Source of the DNA: Klebsormidium nitens
Lineage: Eukaryota > Plantae > Klebsormidiophyceae
Reading direction: 5' to 3'
Assembly: GCA_000708835.1 (NCBI GenBank)
Contig: DF237078.1
Span: 62,001-126,000 of the forward strand
Length of the DNA stretch: 64,000 nt
Shown in pieces: positions 34,027 to 47,000 of the stretch (within the stretch, counting starts at the first letter, position 1; each line of letters begins with the position of its first letter). The notes beneath the pieces are model-generated. The model ran no database searches and was not told the DNA's origin. It saw only the letters and a program-made list of their open reading frames with translations. The translations under genes were made by a program, and so were the position numbers.

Positions 34027-36804
34027 ATGCAATCGCTTCTTCTCTGTGACGCAAGCGACACCCGCGAAGCTGGCCGAGACAGGAACCAGGACGGTATCAA
34101 GTCCTCTTACTTTTTCTCCAGCAACTTTGACTCTGATCTGCAGGCGAGGCTAGCAGACTTTGCGCAGTTCCCGTTCTCCGCCGCATCTGCACTGCTGGCT
34201 GGACCACCAAGGAGGCAAGTGCTCTGTCTTGTCATTGCTGACAGCTTTAGTTGCACTTTTTGGTGCAAATTGCAGTACTCACTCAAAACATTCCACGGCC
34301 CATTGTTCAGCTCCTCCTTGCATCCTTCTGATTACAACCAAGGCTTTAGGTTTCTTACTTGATGGTGAGGGCACATTTGTTGTACAGTGCTGCTCTCTTC
34401 TGCTTTCATGAAGAAAATGAGGCGCATATGGATGCCTGATACGGCCTGATTCTTATCATTGGGCCGAACCATGTATGCAGTGGAAAGACTACCCTTCTCT
34501 TTCAGTACGCCCACAACCACCTGCTGGAAAATCCGCATGACACTGCGCTTGTCATAGCCAAACGGCAGCGACTGGAAGGAGCCCCACCACTTCTGCCGCA
34601 AGTGAGGCAACCACGTATTTACCAGATTCCATTCGGTGCGCCAAAGCATTGCGCCCGTTTTTCTGCGAGTGTCCAGATTGTTACAAAGAAGGGCACTGCT
34701 AAGTTCAAAAGATACTGAGCCCCAACATCCCTACAGTCCAGCCTCTCAAGAGAGGGCATGTGTCTAAACGTACACAACCTCGTTGATTCTATGGAAGTTA
34801 GAAGCATGCTCAATGATACTCTGTGGATCTTTCTTCTTCAGGGCGTAACCAAGACTTCCTTGCCGTACGAACGGCTTCATCTGCGGTGAGTGCAGGGCAT
34901 GTTAAGCAATGCATGGGCTGAGTGGTTGCAGGCCCGCCTCCACGATGGTGCAAAACTCATGAATCTCCAATAATCAATCCCTGAAAGCAGAGCAGACATG
35001 TGCCCCCGGTGGCTTTTGCCCTGCCTTTCCATGACGCTGCTCTCCTGCTTAGGATGCTCTTCTCCTCCAATCATGCAATCTCGTGACGGAGCGGATTGTT
35101 CTCCCGGTCAGGTACCTGGACAGTGACCGCGAGCTGCGGAAGTTCTTTGCGTGCATCCATCTTCTGGAGAGTCTTCCAAGTCTGATCATAGTTGATGACT
35201 TTGCCGACTTCTTCTCCGAGAGGTGAGATACTTTCCTCTTTGCATTGAATCCTGGGTGGAGTCAGCCTGAGCTGAAACTGAACTTTTTGGGGCATTCCTT
35301 CGAATCTGAACATTGACATGCGAGGCAATCATCACATGCATAAGGTGACAGAGAATTTGATCCTTTGCACGAATTCATGCCAAACTTGCACGCGACAGAT
35401 CGCTTTGCCTACTCTACAAGTTTGAAATCACAGTGATTGCCTTCTCCAGTCCTTCAGGAGGCACATTCCCCAAAATCCACCACCAGTTTGCTGATGAGAG
35501 ATGCCCTGACAGCTCTCTTGGTCGATAACACAGGTCGAGCAATTGCAGATAGATGTGGCTCATACTGAGTCGATTCGTCCCTCACTCTGAATGTCCCTGC
35601 TCTGCAGTAGAGTCGGAGAGCATGGCATCCCCACAAAGAGCCGGGAGCAGGTCTTTGTCAAGACCCTCGCTCTCCTTCATGAGGCGGGTTGCTTCATCAG
35701 GTAAGTGCCACGAAAGACTCCCTTTGCACCGATTTGCGCAGTTCCTCTATCAGGATAATTCCCACCTTGGGAAGTTTCAAAAAGAAAGTTTGGAGGAGGG
35801 TCAGCATGAATCTCATCTTCGAAGTTTGGACTCAGTTCGGTGTGAAATGGGCTTGATCGATCGAGTGGACGCGGCAATCCCAGCAAGTTAGATTTACGAA
35901 AGATATTCCTAGCCGTTGCGGAACATGTCACTGTAATGTTAACAAGAGAGGCAAAGGGTTTGCCTGACAGGCAAGCAATCTGCCAGTTGAGTTTGTTGTG
36001 CATTCTGCCCGCTCAAATCATGTTCTTTTTAGCGTTGAGCCGCTTGCTGTGTCTCTTTCATGAGCCACCGCGTGCCTTCATGATCTCGATCCGGAAGTTT
36101 GGACCGTCATATCCACGTGGATCCTCCCTGGACACTGAAGGACCGACGGGATCTCCACCCGCACAGCCTGTTTCGTTGATTCCGTGCAGAATCAGGCGCG
36201 CTCTTGCTAGTAAACGCGCCATGTGTGACGTGCGTACAGGCAATCGAAGCAGAGACCGTGTACCATTCTTGTGTCCGATACCAACGTAGGAGAGATGCCC
36301 CGGAACTTGTACTTGTACCAACGGTGGATCCCACTGTCTGTCAAAATCAAAGGTATGCGGCTTTGAAGAGGAGAAGCTTTTCACAAGATCTGTGCACGCC
36401 ACAGTCAGCCTCGTTCGTTTCTGAAAGAGCGCTCTCCAGTAGAATGTATCATTTTCTGTTTGGAACTTGCCTCTTCTTGCACAAGTGAAAGAGAGGTTCC
36501 GTTTTGGCAGCGACAGACGAACTTGCCCGTCTTGAACCCTTGTTGTGACATACAACGGTGAGCATCCCTTGCCTCTTCTTCCTCTTATCTTTTCAATGCT
36601 CCAGGATAAATTTTTACAGATGGCGTGGGCAACATGTTCACCGCGTCCGCATGTGATGCGGGGTCTGGGGTGACTTTGCGCGCCAGCTACTCCATCACTG
36701 CCGCTTCCTTGATCCTTGAGCACATCGACGGGAAGCAATCAAATGATCAAGAACAGGGTAGCAGCGCTTGGGCTGCAGACCCGACGCTGGGCCTTGCATC
36801 TTAG
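34027..36804 (+). CDS. SWSAP1-like: SWSAP1-like RecA/RAD51-paralog P-loop ATPase (Shu-complex type), 7 exons; start uncertain
   Basis: Exons ..34214, 34481-34601, 34842-34885, 35112-35222, 35608-35700, 36240-36352 and 36620-36804 are phase-compatible. Motifs: Walker A LLAGPPRSGKTTLLFQYA; YLDSDRELRKFFACIH; Walker B-like LIIVDDFADFF; VKTLALLH; CTILVSDTNVGEMPRNLYLYQRWIP. This matches my recollection of SWSAP1 and uncharacterised plant homologues. Confidence 0.75.
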
Positions 36805-36829
36805 AGTCCATCACGCTGGAGACTTAGAG

Positions 36830-37620
36830 AACGCTGGTCACAATTAGTCAGCAATATCACAAGATCCGATGACTTCGAGCTAGAGACGTCCGGGTATTAT
36901 TCGATGCCATTGGCGCCCAGTATTTGATAGCGCGGGCATGCTACTTGACGAGTTCGGAAGATTCCTGAATCGAACATCTACTTTTCTCTTGACCGTACTA
37001 GCAGGTATTCCTGTGTTTTAACGACCCAGGTTGTGCACGCACACGACCGCGCGTGCAATTGTTGATCAAACTTGTAACCACATGTTTAAACAGTCTTACA
37101 AAATCCTTGTAGCCGGGAACGTCGGATCAATACACTGACCACCGGCTTTTACGAGCACCTATATATGATGCAAATCCTGATGCCGACACAAATGAAGACC
37201 TGATCGCTATGCATTATATACTGCATCGCGACTCAGCATTCAAGAGCTCAGGCTTGATGTAGTTAACCTAGGCGGGTAAGGATACGTATGATGCACCGTC
37301 CGATCCTGACGATGCTGCATCAATGTCGGCCCGCTTGCCATGCACCTAGTCGTTGCAAGCATTGAACGGCCGCGGATGCGCGTGTTCCAACGCGCATGGC
37401 TGAGTCTCACACGAGTACACCCCATGGCGAAATATTGCAGGTGAACTGTTGTGCAATCCTCGTATAGCTTGGAAACGTCGGACCCAGGGCAGATTCAGAT
37501 CACCGGCCAACGTCACGCCATGCCGCCCACATGCAGATATTGACTTGGCATGTTACTACAGGGCCAGGATGTTGCAGACTATGGGACCCATCACGGACTT
37601 GATCGTCTGCTCAATGGCAC
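36830..37620. other. Palindrome-rich intergenic tract between convergent genes
   Basis: GCATGC, TATATA, ATGCAT, CGGCCG, TGCAATTG words and a hairpin ATGCGCGT..ACGCGCAT at about 37376-37397. Non-coding. Confidence 0.55.
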
Positions 37621-37929
37621 TTTCGACCCAGCTTCGCAGCGCCTTTCTAACTCGACAGCCCTTATCCTCTCCAACTGCAGCAGCCGACCTGCAAAAGAAG
37701 GACAAGCTCGTCACATCCCGCGGAGAATGAATGAGCGAGGTAGATTATGCCCGGTTATCATCCTTCTTCTCTGCCCGCTCTGAGGGTTCGTTACGAACAA
37801 TGTTTCGAGCAACGCACTGCACCCAACAAAAGCATCCCCATCCTTTAGAGACGCCACCTTGCGGAGAGCACCGCACGAAACGCCAGAAGAACTTCGAATC
37901 CTTTTTAAGTCCCGAATTTTATCCAGTGA

Positions 37930-40900
37930 TCAATCAATGACCACGCTGACAAGGCCGGAATAGTGACCTGAGCGTTGAGGACCCACAGCAATCAAGAAGG
38001 GTAAACATCCGTTGTCATACTTCAGGTGCCACGAGCGGCCCCGAGCGGCGCTCACCGACGTGGTCCTTGTGCTGCTCGCTCTCCTGCACCTGGCTGCGCA
38101 GCACGGCCACCAGCTTCGCCAGCTTGTCCCGCTCCACCTCCACCCGCCGCAGCTCCTGCGCCGTCTCCTCCCGGTCTGGACAGCCACCGGGAGGAAATAG
38201 AGCTCAGCACAACCACAGATCTGGCCTGTGCTTGGCGCATACATTCAAGGTCGAGGAAGTCACCGGAAGCATAGAGTGAGCTCGCAACGCGATCTGGTGC
38301 GAGAGGTTCATTGATGGTCGAAGCTTTCAGATCGACTGGAAAGGGTAGCTCAACTATAAGAGCGGTCGATGGAAATGTTATCATTACGTACGGGTCGCAG
38401 CGCGAGGCCACCTGACTTCCCGGGCTACAAGCGGAGCTGGAGCCAAGGCGTTTGCCACGGAACATGCGAACACTCAAAAGTTCCTTTCACAATCAAGAGG
38501 GAAAAAAGGAGAAGACCATACTTTTTTCTTGTCGGGAACCGTGCGCCACCTGGGGTTCAAGCCGCTGCCAACACAGAAGCACTTGCAATATCATAGCAAA
38601 TGCCAGCCCCGGACTCTGAGAGACGAGGTACTTGCGGAACGCACCTGGCTTGCTGGCGGAGGCTAACTCCTGCAGGGCCTCAATGGCTTTCTCCTGCGCC
38701 TTGAGCTTCTTCTCCTGGAGATAATGTAAGTTGGACGTTCAAATCGCACCTAGCTTTGACAGACCGACCCCTGGAAATGCAACAAAGCTCAGGGTTTCAA
38801 GGTCAAAGATGTTGCCCAGCGGGCTCTGAGAGAGTCAATCTCGCCTATGCGAGAAAGATACGCGGGAGCCTCCCAAATGACACGAAGCTTTGTCCGTGCT
38901 CTCTTGCAAAGAGGGACCCTGGTACCGCCCATACCTGCTCTGAGTACTTGTACTTGAGCTCGCTGTACTGCGCCGCCAGCCGCTGCTCATCCCCGGCCGT
39001 CGAGGTGCGCTCCGACGGGACGTTTAAAGAAGAGCGTCGAGCAGTCTGCAGGAACCAACAAAAAGCGTCTCGTTGCCGAAGCAGATTGTCTGAGTTTACC
39101 AGCGACGGAGGGAAGCGGCTAATTTAGCATGAGGTAGTTGCAGAATCAAGCAGCAAACGGCTGCGAAAAGTCAACGCAGTGTAGGTTTGTCAGAGTTCAG
39201 ACGAACGAGCCCGCTTTGGCCGCTGTGCTTTGGTACAAGACAAGCTCCTCACGTTTTGGCAGGCCCAACGAGTAGGACAAGGAGGCGGCAAGGAAACCAA
39301 ATGCATGAAGCCTCAACCGACAGCAGATCCATTTAACGTAGAAGCAGACCGAAACGGAATGCTACAGAACCATGCTGAAGTCACACCTTTTTCAGGCTCG
39401 CGTTTTCTGCCCGCAGCGCGGATACGAGGCGGTCGTCGTTGGCCGTCTTGTTGAGCACCACCGCCAGCTTGTCCTTCAGACCGCGCACCTGGGACCGGGA
39501 GAAATGGGCGATGCTGACGTCGATGCAAACAACGAGAGCTTTTAAGTTGAGAGTTACCTTTTTGAGAGTGGCGGCTCGAGAATTAGAGGGTTTCGAGAAC
39601 ACAGAGTAGCAGATGTCCTCGTTTTCCGCAGAGATCGTAGAATTGCGTCGGAAAAAGAAAGGTCGAAAGTCACCGCTGTGTCGCTTCGAGCTTTATCTAA
39701 AACGGCGCTCCTGGCAGCCAACCGCCTCCTCGCAGCCCCTGGCGCGTGGAAAGCCTGACATTACGGTACTTTAAGCTCCGTCCGCAAAAGATGCTTTAAA
39801 TTCGTCATGCACCACAAGAAAGTAACAATTTATTTCCGATCGTTTCGCACAAACTCTCGAGCAAGCGGGACGGATCGAGGGACTCCTCGAATACAAATCC
39901 TGCGACTTGCTTCGCCCTCGTGAGGCTGCTCCTTGCTTCCTCTAGCCCACGTACTTTCGATCTTGGATTGTCTTTCTCTGTTCCCTCAAGCGCGATGACA
40001 GGAAGGAAAAATGCTGCCAGTGCCCCGTCAGTGTAACTTGTCCGAAGGACAATCTTTTCTTGCTTCGACACTCAAAGGACGCTTATTACAAGCGAAAAGC
40101 TAAGCTCAACATTAAAGAACGTTGCGAGCCGCACAGGTAGCTGTCAGCTTTCCATAGCCGCCCTCACCTCCCCCTCCAGCGTGCTCCTACGCGACACCGC
40201 CGCGTCGTGCTTCAGCTTGAGCCGACTCAGCTCTTCCCGCGCCTGCGCCAGCTCCGCCCCCACGTGCTCACTCTCGCGCCGCCGCTTTTCTTCCAGCGCC
40301 TCCAGCGTCTCGCGGTGCTGCTCGAACAGGCTGCTCGGACGTCCGCTAGTACCTGTCACGCTGTCCGAATCGGCGCCCGGCTGCTGCGCCAGCTTCGAGC
40401 GCAGCTCGCGGACTTTGTCCTGCGGCGAGGAGAAGAGGGTAAAGTTTGATTGGGGATCCGCCATTGCCATTTGCGCTTCGACGCCACAGTTCGGAGTGCG
40501 AGACTGATCTCGATTGGCGGGAAGAGAAGGAGGAAGATTATAGTTAGACAAGGTTGATAGCCTCGTCCGAAACATGTTGATGATCTCGTTCTGCCGACTG
40601 CAGAGAGGGCGAGTCCTGATGTCGAAGATTGAGAGTCGAGGAGTTCGAGAGGCCAGGAGTAATCAAACCGAGAAAGAACTTTTCTCACAGCACGGTGGCG
40701 TGACATCGAGACCAGTGTCCTACAATGGGTGGAACCCGTCGATCTTACTGGAAAGCGTGGACCCTTTTCAATTTGTGCAGACTGCGGCTGTCTTGTAGAT
40801 GGTTGTCGTTCAGAAGGGCTGATATCAGTCGTACTATTTGGGAGGCCAACACTGTTGTCGATCAGTTGCAGAAGCCAGAAGCGAAAGTTTAGACCGTTTT

Positions 40901-43448
40901 CTGAAACGCCTTGAGACCTTCATCGAAGCGTAATGAGTGCGGCAATGTAAGCTAAATCCAACAGCTTGGTCGCACACTTACACGTGCTACCGAAGGCCGT
41001 GTGAAAAATTCGCCCCGCCCGAATGAGACGGCTGTCTGCGTTGCAAAACGGGCTGAGGTACTATTTCGAATGGGAACACGCTTGTTCCTACTTGTCCTAC
41101 TTGAAGACAATCCAACATAAGCTTAGTGAACGTTAAAACGCCACTGAGAAAGGCACAACTCCACACGAGCGGTTCGTCATTCGCTTGTAGGTCCCTGCTG
41201 CATACTGCCAAGCGAGGCAAGTGTTGCCCGCTCGTAGCCCAGAGGCTTCTTTCAAACCTAGGGGACTTTGCTGCATCATACCAAACAATCTGCCCTTCCA
41301 AATATACTCCTTCATTCAATTAGACTTCACTCCACAGGACTACGGGTCCACAAGAAGAGCCACAATACCAGCTTCGCCACCTCCACCCCTCACCTTGAGC
41401 AGGCTGATCTGCTGCGCGCGTCCCTTCCAGTCCCCCCCTTCTTCCAAGACCCTCGCCAGCGGCACGTCCTCCCCCACTTCTTTTTGCAGCGCACGCTGTA
41501 AACGGGCGCACTCCCCCCGGGTGGCCGAAATCATCGCCTGGGCTTCGGCGAGGCGCTGGTGCGCCTGGCCCGCTTTTTCTTTCCATTCTGCCACCCCCCG
41601 TGCAAGCACCTCCGCCTGCTCTCCGCTGATGCTGCCCCGCCGCTGTGACTTGGAGGTGCTATCCTTCTCGGCAGCGAGCTGCAGGTTGCGGGAGAAAGCC
41701 CGATGCATGCGAGAGTAGTTCGATTCTGCCACCACTTTTGTCAGTAAATGGTGCAGAGTTGAAGAAGAGTGTTCTATAATCTTTTTCTCGTAATTGGAGA
41801 AACGCAGTACAGATTGACAAACTCTATCTGAACCCTGCGGAAACCAAAGCGGTGAGATCATGAAGTGTTCGTTACAAAGGGTGCGTTGTCTTCTTTGAAG
41901 GAACACATGAAGTTGTAGAACGAAGCAGAGAGTACGTTGATGAAGGTTCCCAACTCAATGCTGCCAGCCCAGTGACGATTGCCCAACTGTAGGTGGAACT
42001 GTGGAGCCTCTCTGTACGACAAGGAACAGCTAGAGGCAGACTCCTGAAGCAACAAAAGACAGCCTGAACTGAGAATCCTGGGCTCAAATGGGGGTTTCTC
42101 ACTATCTGGGAGGGGCAATGCCAAACATTTTCGACTTACCTGCTGTTGCAGAACTTCGACTTGGGACTTGAACTTGTTGGCTCGTGTCTTCTCCTTCTCG
42201 TAGGCTAGATTCAGAGCGCGGTTCTGAAGGGAAGGGGGGAAATTGTTTTTTTGTTAACATGCAGCGAAAAGGATTGGAGGGACCAGGCTGAGAACCTGGA
42301 CTACGCTGATTGCTGAGACAGTGACAACGCTGCTGCAAAATACATCAAGAGTAAGTGTGTTTTTGAAAGCGAAGGCATGGCCGCAGTCACCTTCCTAGAC
42401 AGCTCCACCACCTTGGCCCCGTGGACATCATGCTCATCCCCATCAGCTACTGCTGCCGCCAATATCCTGCAGTCAGGGTTAGAAATCAGATCTACCTTCC
42501 GTTACATTGCTTCTGTGTTTTCCATCAACTTGACTTGACTCATGGAGCTGGGGAAGAGTTTCAGTGGTAGGACTCTGCACCAACACAAGGGGAGATTGCT
42601 GGCAGAAGATTGGCCCTGTGAAAGTTGAGCCCTCACCGGAGAGATGAGAGCTCCTTGTCCCGCTCATCTAACTGTCTCTCTAGCTGCGCACAGTGCTCTC
42701 TGAGGGCTTCCAACTCCTGCGACCCCTGCAGAGGAGTGAACGTGGTTTTAGCCTGAGCATCCTGGGAACCTGCCCCCTAAAATAGAAGGCGGTTTGGACA
42801 CTCGAGCTGGGGCTGTTGTATACTTCGAAGCAAAGATTGAGGATCATATCAGTTCCAGCTGCAGGCAACCAATGCAGCATGATCATGTGCTAGATCAATC
42901 TGCAATTGCAGTGAGCATGGGACACTGATTTTCATCAGGATATTGGAACCAAAACTTGCGGATTGACAAGATTGAGAAACCGAGGTCCCCAACACTTTTG
43001 TAGGTCCGCAAGCTCATTTGCAACAGCAAACAATTGCGAAATGTCTAGATTGCAATGCAGACCCACCTCTTCGACCTGAAAAGCTGGCATTGCTTCTGAC
43101 CTAGTAGCTGCGTATTGCCTCTAAAGTTCTGAAATGCTAGCAATCTCAGCTCCACATCTGAGACAGGTGAGGTTCACAGCTCTGTGGTGATCATGCAGAT
43201 TCAGTACAGCTTCAAAAGGACGTGAGCAAAGATAGATAGTGCAAGCAAGCAGCAAAGACTTGTGAAATTCTGTAGCAACCTGGTCAATCACAATTCCGAA
43301 CCCTAATCTAAGCAAGAACCCTAATCTCCTCCCGCTCCTTCCACAGAACCAAGAAAGCGCTGGTGCCCATTGCAACCTGTGCCTTCACCTCTGGCATGGC
43401 GCCATTCACCTCTGCAAATGTGAGTCCAGACTCCACACGTTTCGCCAT
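37930..43448 (-). CDS. CCDC13: Coiled-coil domain-containing protein 13 (centriolar satellite/ciliary); terminal exon uncertain
   Basis: Spliced exons give GAKVVELSRK|NRALNLAYEKEK, LQRALQKEVGEDVPLARVLEEGGDWKGRAQQISLLK|DKVRELRSKL, VLNKTANDDRLVSALR and EVERDKLAKLVAVLRSQV. These match the recalled CCDC13 blocks (KIVELSKKNR; EVGED..WRGRAQQI; HDDELI; KLLELV). Confidence 0.85.
43298..43327 (-). promoter_or_regulatory. Tandem telo-box-like motifs (GAACCCTAATCT x2) in the first intron of CCDC13
   Basis: Two identical 12-mers at 43298-43309 and 43316-43327, about 120-150 nt downstream of the ATG. Confidence 0.45.
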
Positions 43449-44053
43449 TTGACAACAGATACCTAATAAAGTTACTGGCCGGCACTCAAATTGGAATGGC
43501 GCCATTGGCGTTGACGTAGGAATGCTGAGATGACGTCTCCCGGCTTATACGTAATTCGCCTGTTTGCGGAACCGCTTGGGTTCCTTATGATGAAGTACCC
43601 ACACCTCCGTATACGATATGCTCACCGCGCAATTGACTTCCGCTGCCCGCAGGTCGAAGAAGGCAAATCCCGTATTTTCCGGTCGCGGTTTCCACACTCC
43701 CAGCAGGATGGGTACATGCAGTACTGCCCACGTTTTGGGTATATTATGCAGGCAGCTGACGTCGAGGGGACGGTTGGGACTTGGATCAGCACAGGGAGGC
43801 AGTTGAACAGTTATTCTGGGAAAGCAGCACAGCAGCCGAGCAAAGCGCTTGTTCAAAGCAAGACCTTCTTCCATGTCCGATCAGCGCCTGCTTCCTGAAA
43901 TGAGCAAGACTTTTGTTGGGGTGCACGAGCTGATGCAGGACTAGATCGTTCGTTTGCGCAACGTCGCACCAGGACTCCGGGGTGGTCGGAGCGAGGGGTA
44001 TTTCTGGTCCCCTGCGGTGTCCTGTGTGCTCAGATTCGATATTGATAAGAAGC

Positions 44054-47000
44054 ATGGGACCGGTTTTGGCGGAAGGGGAGGTCAATCCACGGCCTGCTCC
44101 AGTAGTGGACTATAAGGCTGCGGCTGCTCGAGGTGATCGGGTACCCCGTATGGTGAAAGCTTTGGAGTCAAAGCTGAAGGCATCAGATCCGAGCTCAGAG
44201 TTTGTCAATGGAGTCAAGCATAAGGGAGAAAAGGCACAAGCAGAAAACAAGGTGGTGCACACAAACGGGACGGCGCGTGATGAAAATGGGAGCTTGGACC
44301 AATCGAAGCAGAACAAACCTCCCAGCGAACCGGTTGCTGATGTGAAGACTGATGTGAAGAGGACCGCGGTAGTGCCAGAGCCTCAGGCACAGGATGGTTG
44401 GGAGCCTGCCGAAGCCCCGGGCAGCCATAAGCAGGAAGCGCCAAGTGGCCATAGGCAAGAGAGCGCAGCCAAGGGCAAAGTTACTGAAATTGGCAAAAAG
44501 GATGCAGAGAAGAAACCCCCAATTCTCCCAGCGCCTCCTCGCGCTGCTCCTCAGCCAGCCCTGGTAGAAGCTGCATCAACCTTGAGCAGGCCTGTGGTTG
44601 CTTCAGCTGCAAAGGAAAAGACAGATAAGCAGACAGCGGATGAGCCACGGGAGGAAGGGGCTGCTCCGGATGTTGCAGCTGCTTCTACGGATCAGGTGCA
44701 GCAGGAGGAGAAGCCGACCCGCACATTCTGCCTCGTCAGAATTCCTCGGCCAGATGGCTCCATCGGGGGTGCCGCCATCCGAGAAGCAGAAAACAGGATG
44801 AAAGACAAGCGGGAGAAGCAGGAGTTCCTTACTGTAGCCGTCCGCTTGAGACAGGTATGAGTCTGGAGATAGATTGTGATTGTGGTTTGTCTGTTGAGCT
44901 TTTCGTCGATAGGTTGACGCGCTAAAGACCCTCGTTGAAGCCAATTGCCATGTGTCTGATACCCAGACTGCAATAGCAAGCGACGTGCTTCAAAAGCTGA
45001 TTTGCCAATGAGATCAGAATTACCCCTATCTGAAGGCTGACCTCAGTTTTCAAAATGTGGGTGCAGATCAGCAGGAACGAAGCCAACGGCAAGGTCAAAG
45101 AAGCGCTGGAGACGCTGAAGGCTGTCCGGGCAGAGATAAAGAGCAGGGTTGACCTGGTCAAGCCCATGTGGGAAACCCAGCGGAAGCTGCAGGAAGCGGG
45201 CAAGTTGGCAAACTCGAAGCGGAGGGATCTCCCATGTGCCACTGAAGCGGAGCTTGATCAGAAGGTAAGGGGGTTTGCACGCACCCTTGTGATCCAAGTT
45301 GTCCACCAGAGAAGTGGCCAGTGCATTCATGGTGATTGTGCTCAAATTCATCACATTGGGATTGCTATTCAAAGAGTTGAGTGCGTGCACTGGCCCTGAT
45401 TTGGAGGAGCTACCGCAGGTCAAGTCCTGATAGCTGCTCGGATTTGTGCCGCAGATCCAGCAATTGGAGTACACGCGGCAGCATGAGAGTCAATCATTGA
45501 CCGAGGAGAAGCGGATCCTGCGTGAAATTCGGCAGCTGGAGAGCTCAAGGGAGCAGGTCAAGGCCAATTCGGCACTGCTTTCGCAGTATTCGAGCTCAGG
45601 CGCTGAACGAGAGTCCATCAGCACCCAGCTGAAAGTGAGCACGTTGAGCGCTTTTCTCGTAATTCTTGCTCGACTTTTTCCTAGGGTTCAGTCTGCATGT
45701 CTTCAAAGAAGTCTTGCCGGGCTTCTTTTCACACCTTGGTGGTCTTGGATAGCTGCACCTTGAGACAGTGGATAACGACCTTAGGTTTTGCCTGTATTGC
45801 CGAGTCAAGGGTTTTTGATAGAGTCTCATACGGCTCCTCCTGATTTCTCTCTGCAGCCCTTGCAAGAGGAACTTGAGACGCTGCGCGCTGAGGAGAGTGA
45901 GGCCAAGAAAGCTCTTGATCTCGTGGATGCGGAGCAGAAGGAGCTGAACAAGGGGGTGGAGGAGCTCCTAGCGCAGAGGGAGGAGGCCCGGGAAGAGCAC
46001 CGAGCTGCGTACGAGGAGCTGAAGAAGCTGCGACAGCAAGCTGCACAAAGGGTGAGCATAAATTTACAGTTCGTGGATGATTCACTGCGTGATGAATCAA
46101 TGCAAGCAGTATGTACATGTGGGGTCCTTGCAAAGCATGACTGCGAACCCAATGACTGAATTTGCAGCCGCACCCTAGATAAGTTTGTGCTCTTGAGTCT
46201 TCAAGGTTGCCAATCAGCCTCCTTTTGGCTTGTTGCTGGTTTCTGGGATGAAACTTCAGCTTTTAAGGCTCGACTTTTGTTGAGAGGAGCAGCGGTGATT
46301 CGATGGGTGCTTCTTCAGCTGGCATCTTACGTCTATGCAGGATCATGACTACTATCAAAACCGGCGAGACATCCAAAAATTTAAGCAGCTGGCTGCGCAA
46401 AGGGACATCCCGGCACTGGAGGAGTTTGCACATACTCAGGCAAGGACTTCGGATCCGTATGTTGGTGCACGGTTGTCAGCAATTAAGATCGTATTCTGCT
46501 GCATCTTTGTCAGAGGTGTCTCTGTTGCCCCCAGGCTTTGGACAACCCTCCTATCACTGCCGACTCATCTGGCAAGGAGAGAAGGAAGGGGGGATGCAAC
46601 AGAGAAAGCCGCCTGTCAGACCAATCCGCGCAAGACAGTCGCAGAGGGGCCTCTAGGCAATGTTCGTTGGCACTAGGCTCAAATGATGCAGGAGCTTCCT
46701 CCATGCTTACAAAGTGGATCCATGCCAGTAATATATGTTGCAGACGGTAGCTACAATCGTCATGGTTTGAAGGCATACTGCAGATTACATCTCGCGCTTC
46801 ATAGCGGTAGCTTAAAGTCTCTCTTTGCGGATGCGCAGGTGGAGGGGATCATGGCGCGTTTCAGCACCGACGCAGCCTACCGGGCGACGTACGTGAAGAA
46901 CAACGAGATCAGCACTCTGCGCCGCTTTGGCAGCCTGGACACGCGGTCCCCCGGGGTGGACGAGGACCCCGCGCCCCTCAGCCCCACTGCCGAGAGGGGC

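Noticed and set aside
33598-34362. 254-aa plus-strand ORF
   Set aside because: Only its last about 60 codons before the GC donor at 34215 belong to the SWSAP1-like gene. The rest has no coding features.
36058-36738. 226-aa minus-strand ORF, first considered a transposon or pseudogene remnant
   Set aside because: It is antisense to the last two SWSAP1-like exons and their introns, and has no transposase or RT motifs.
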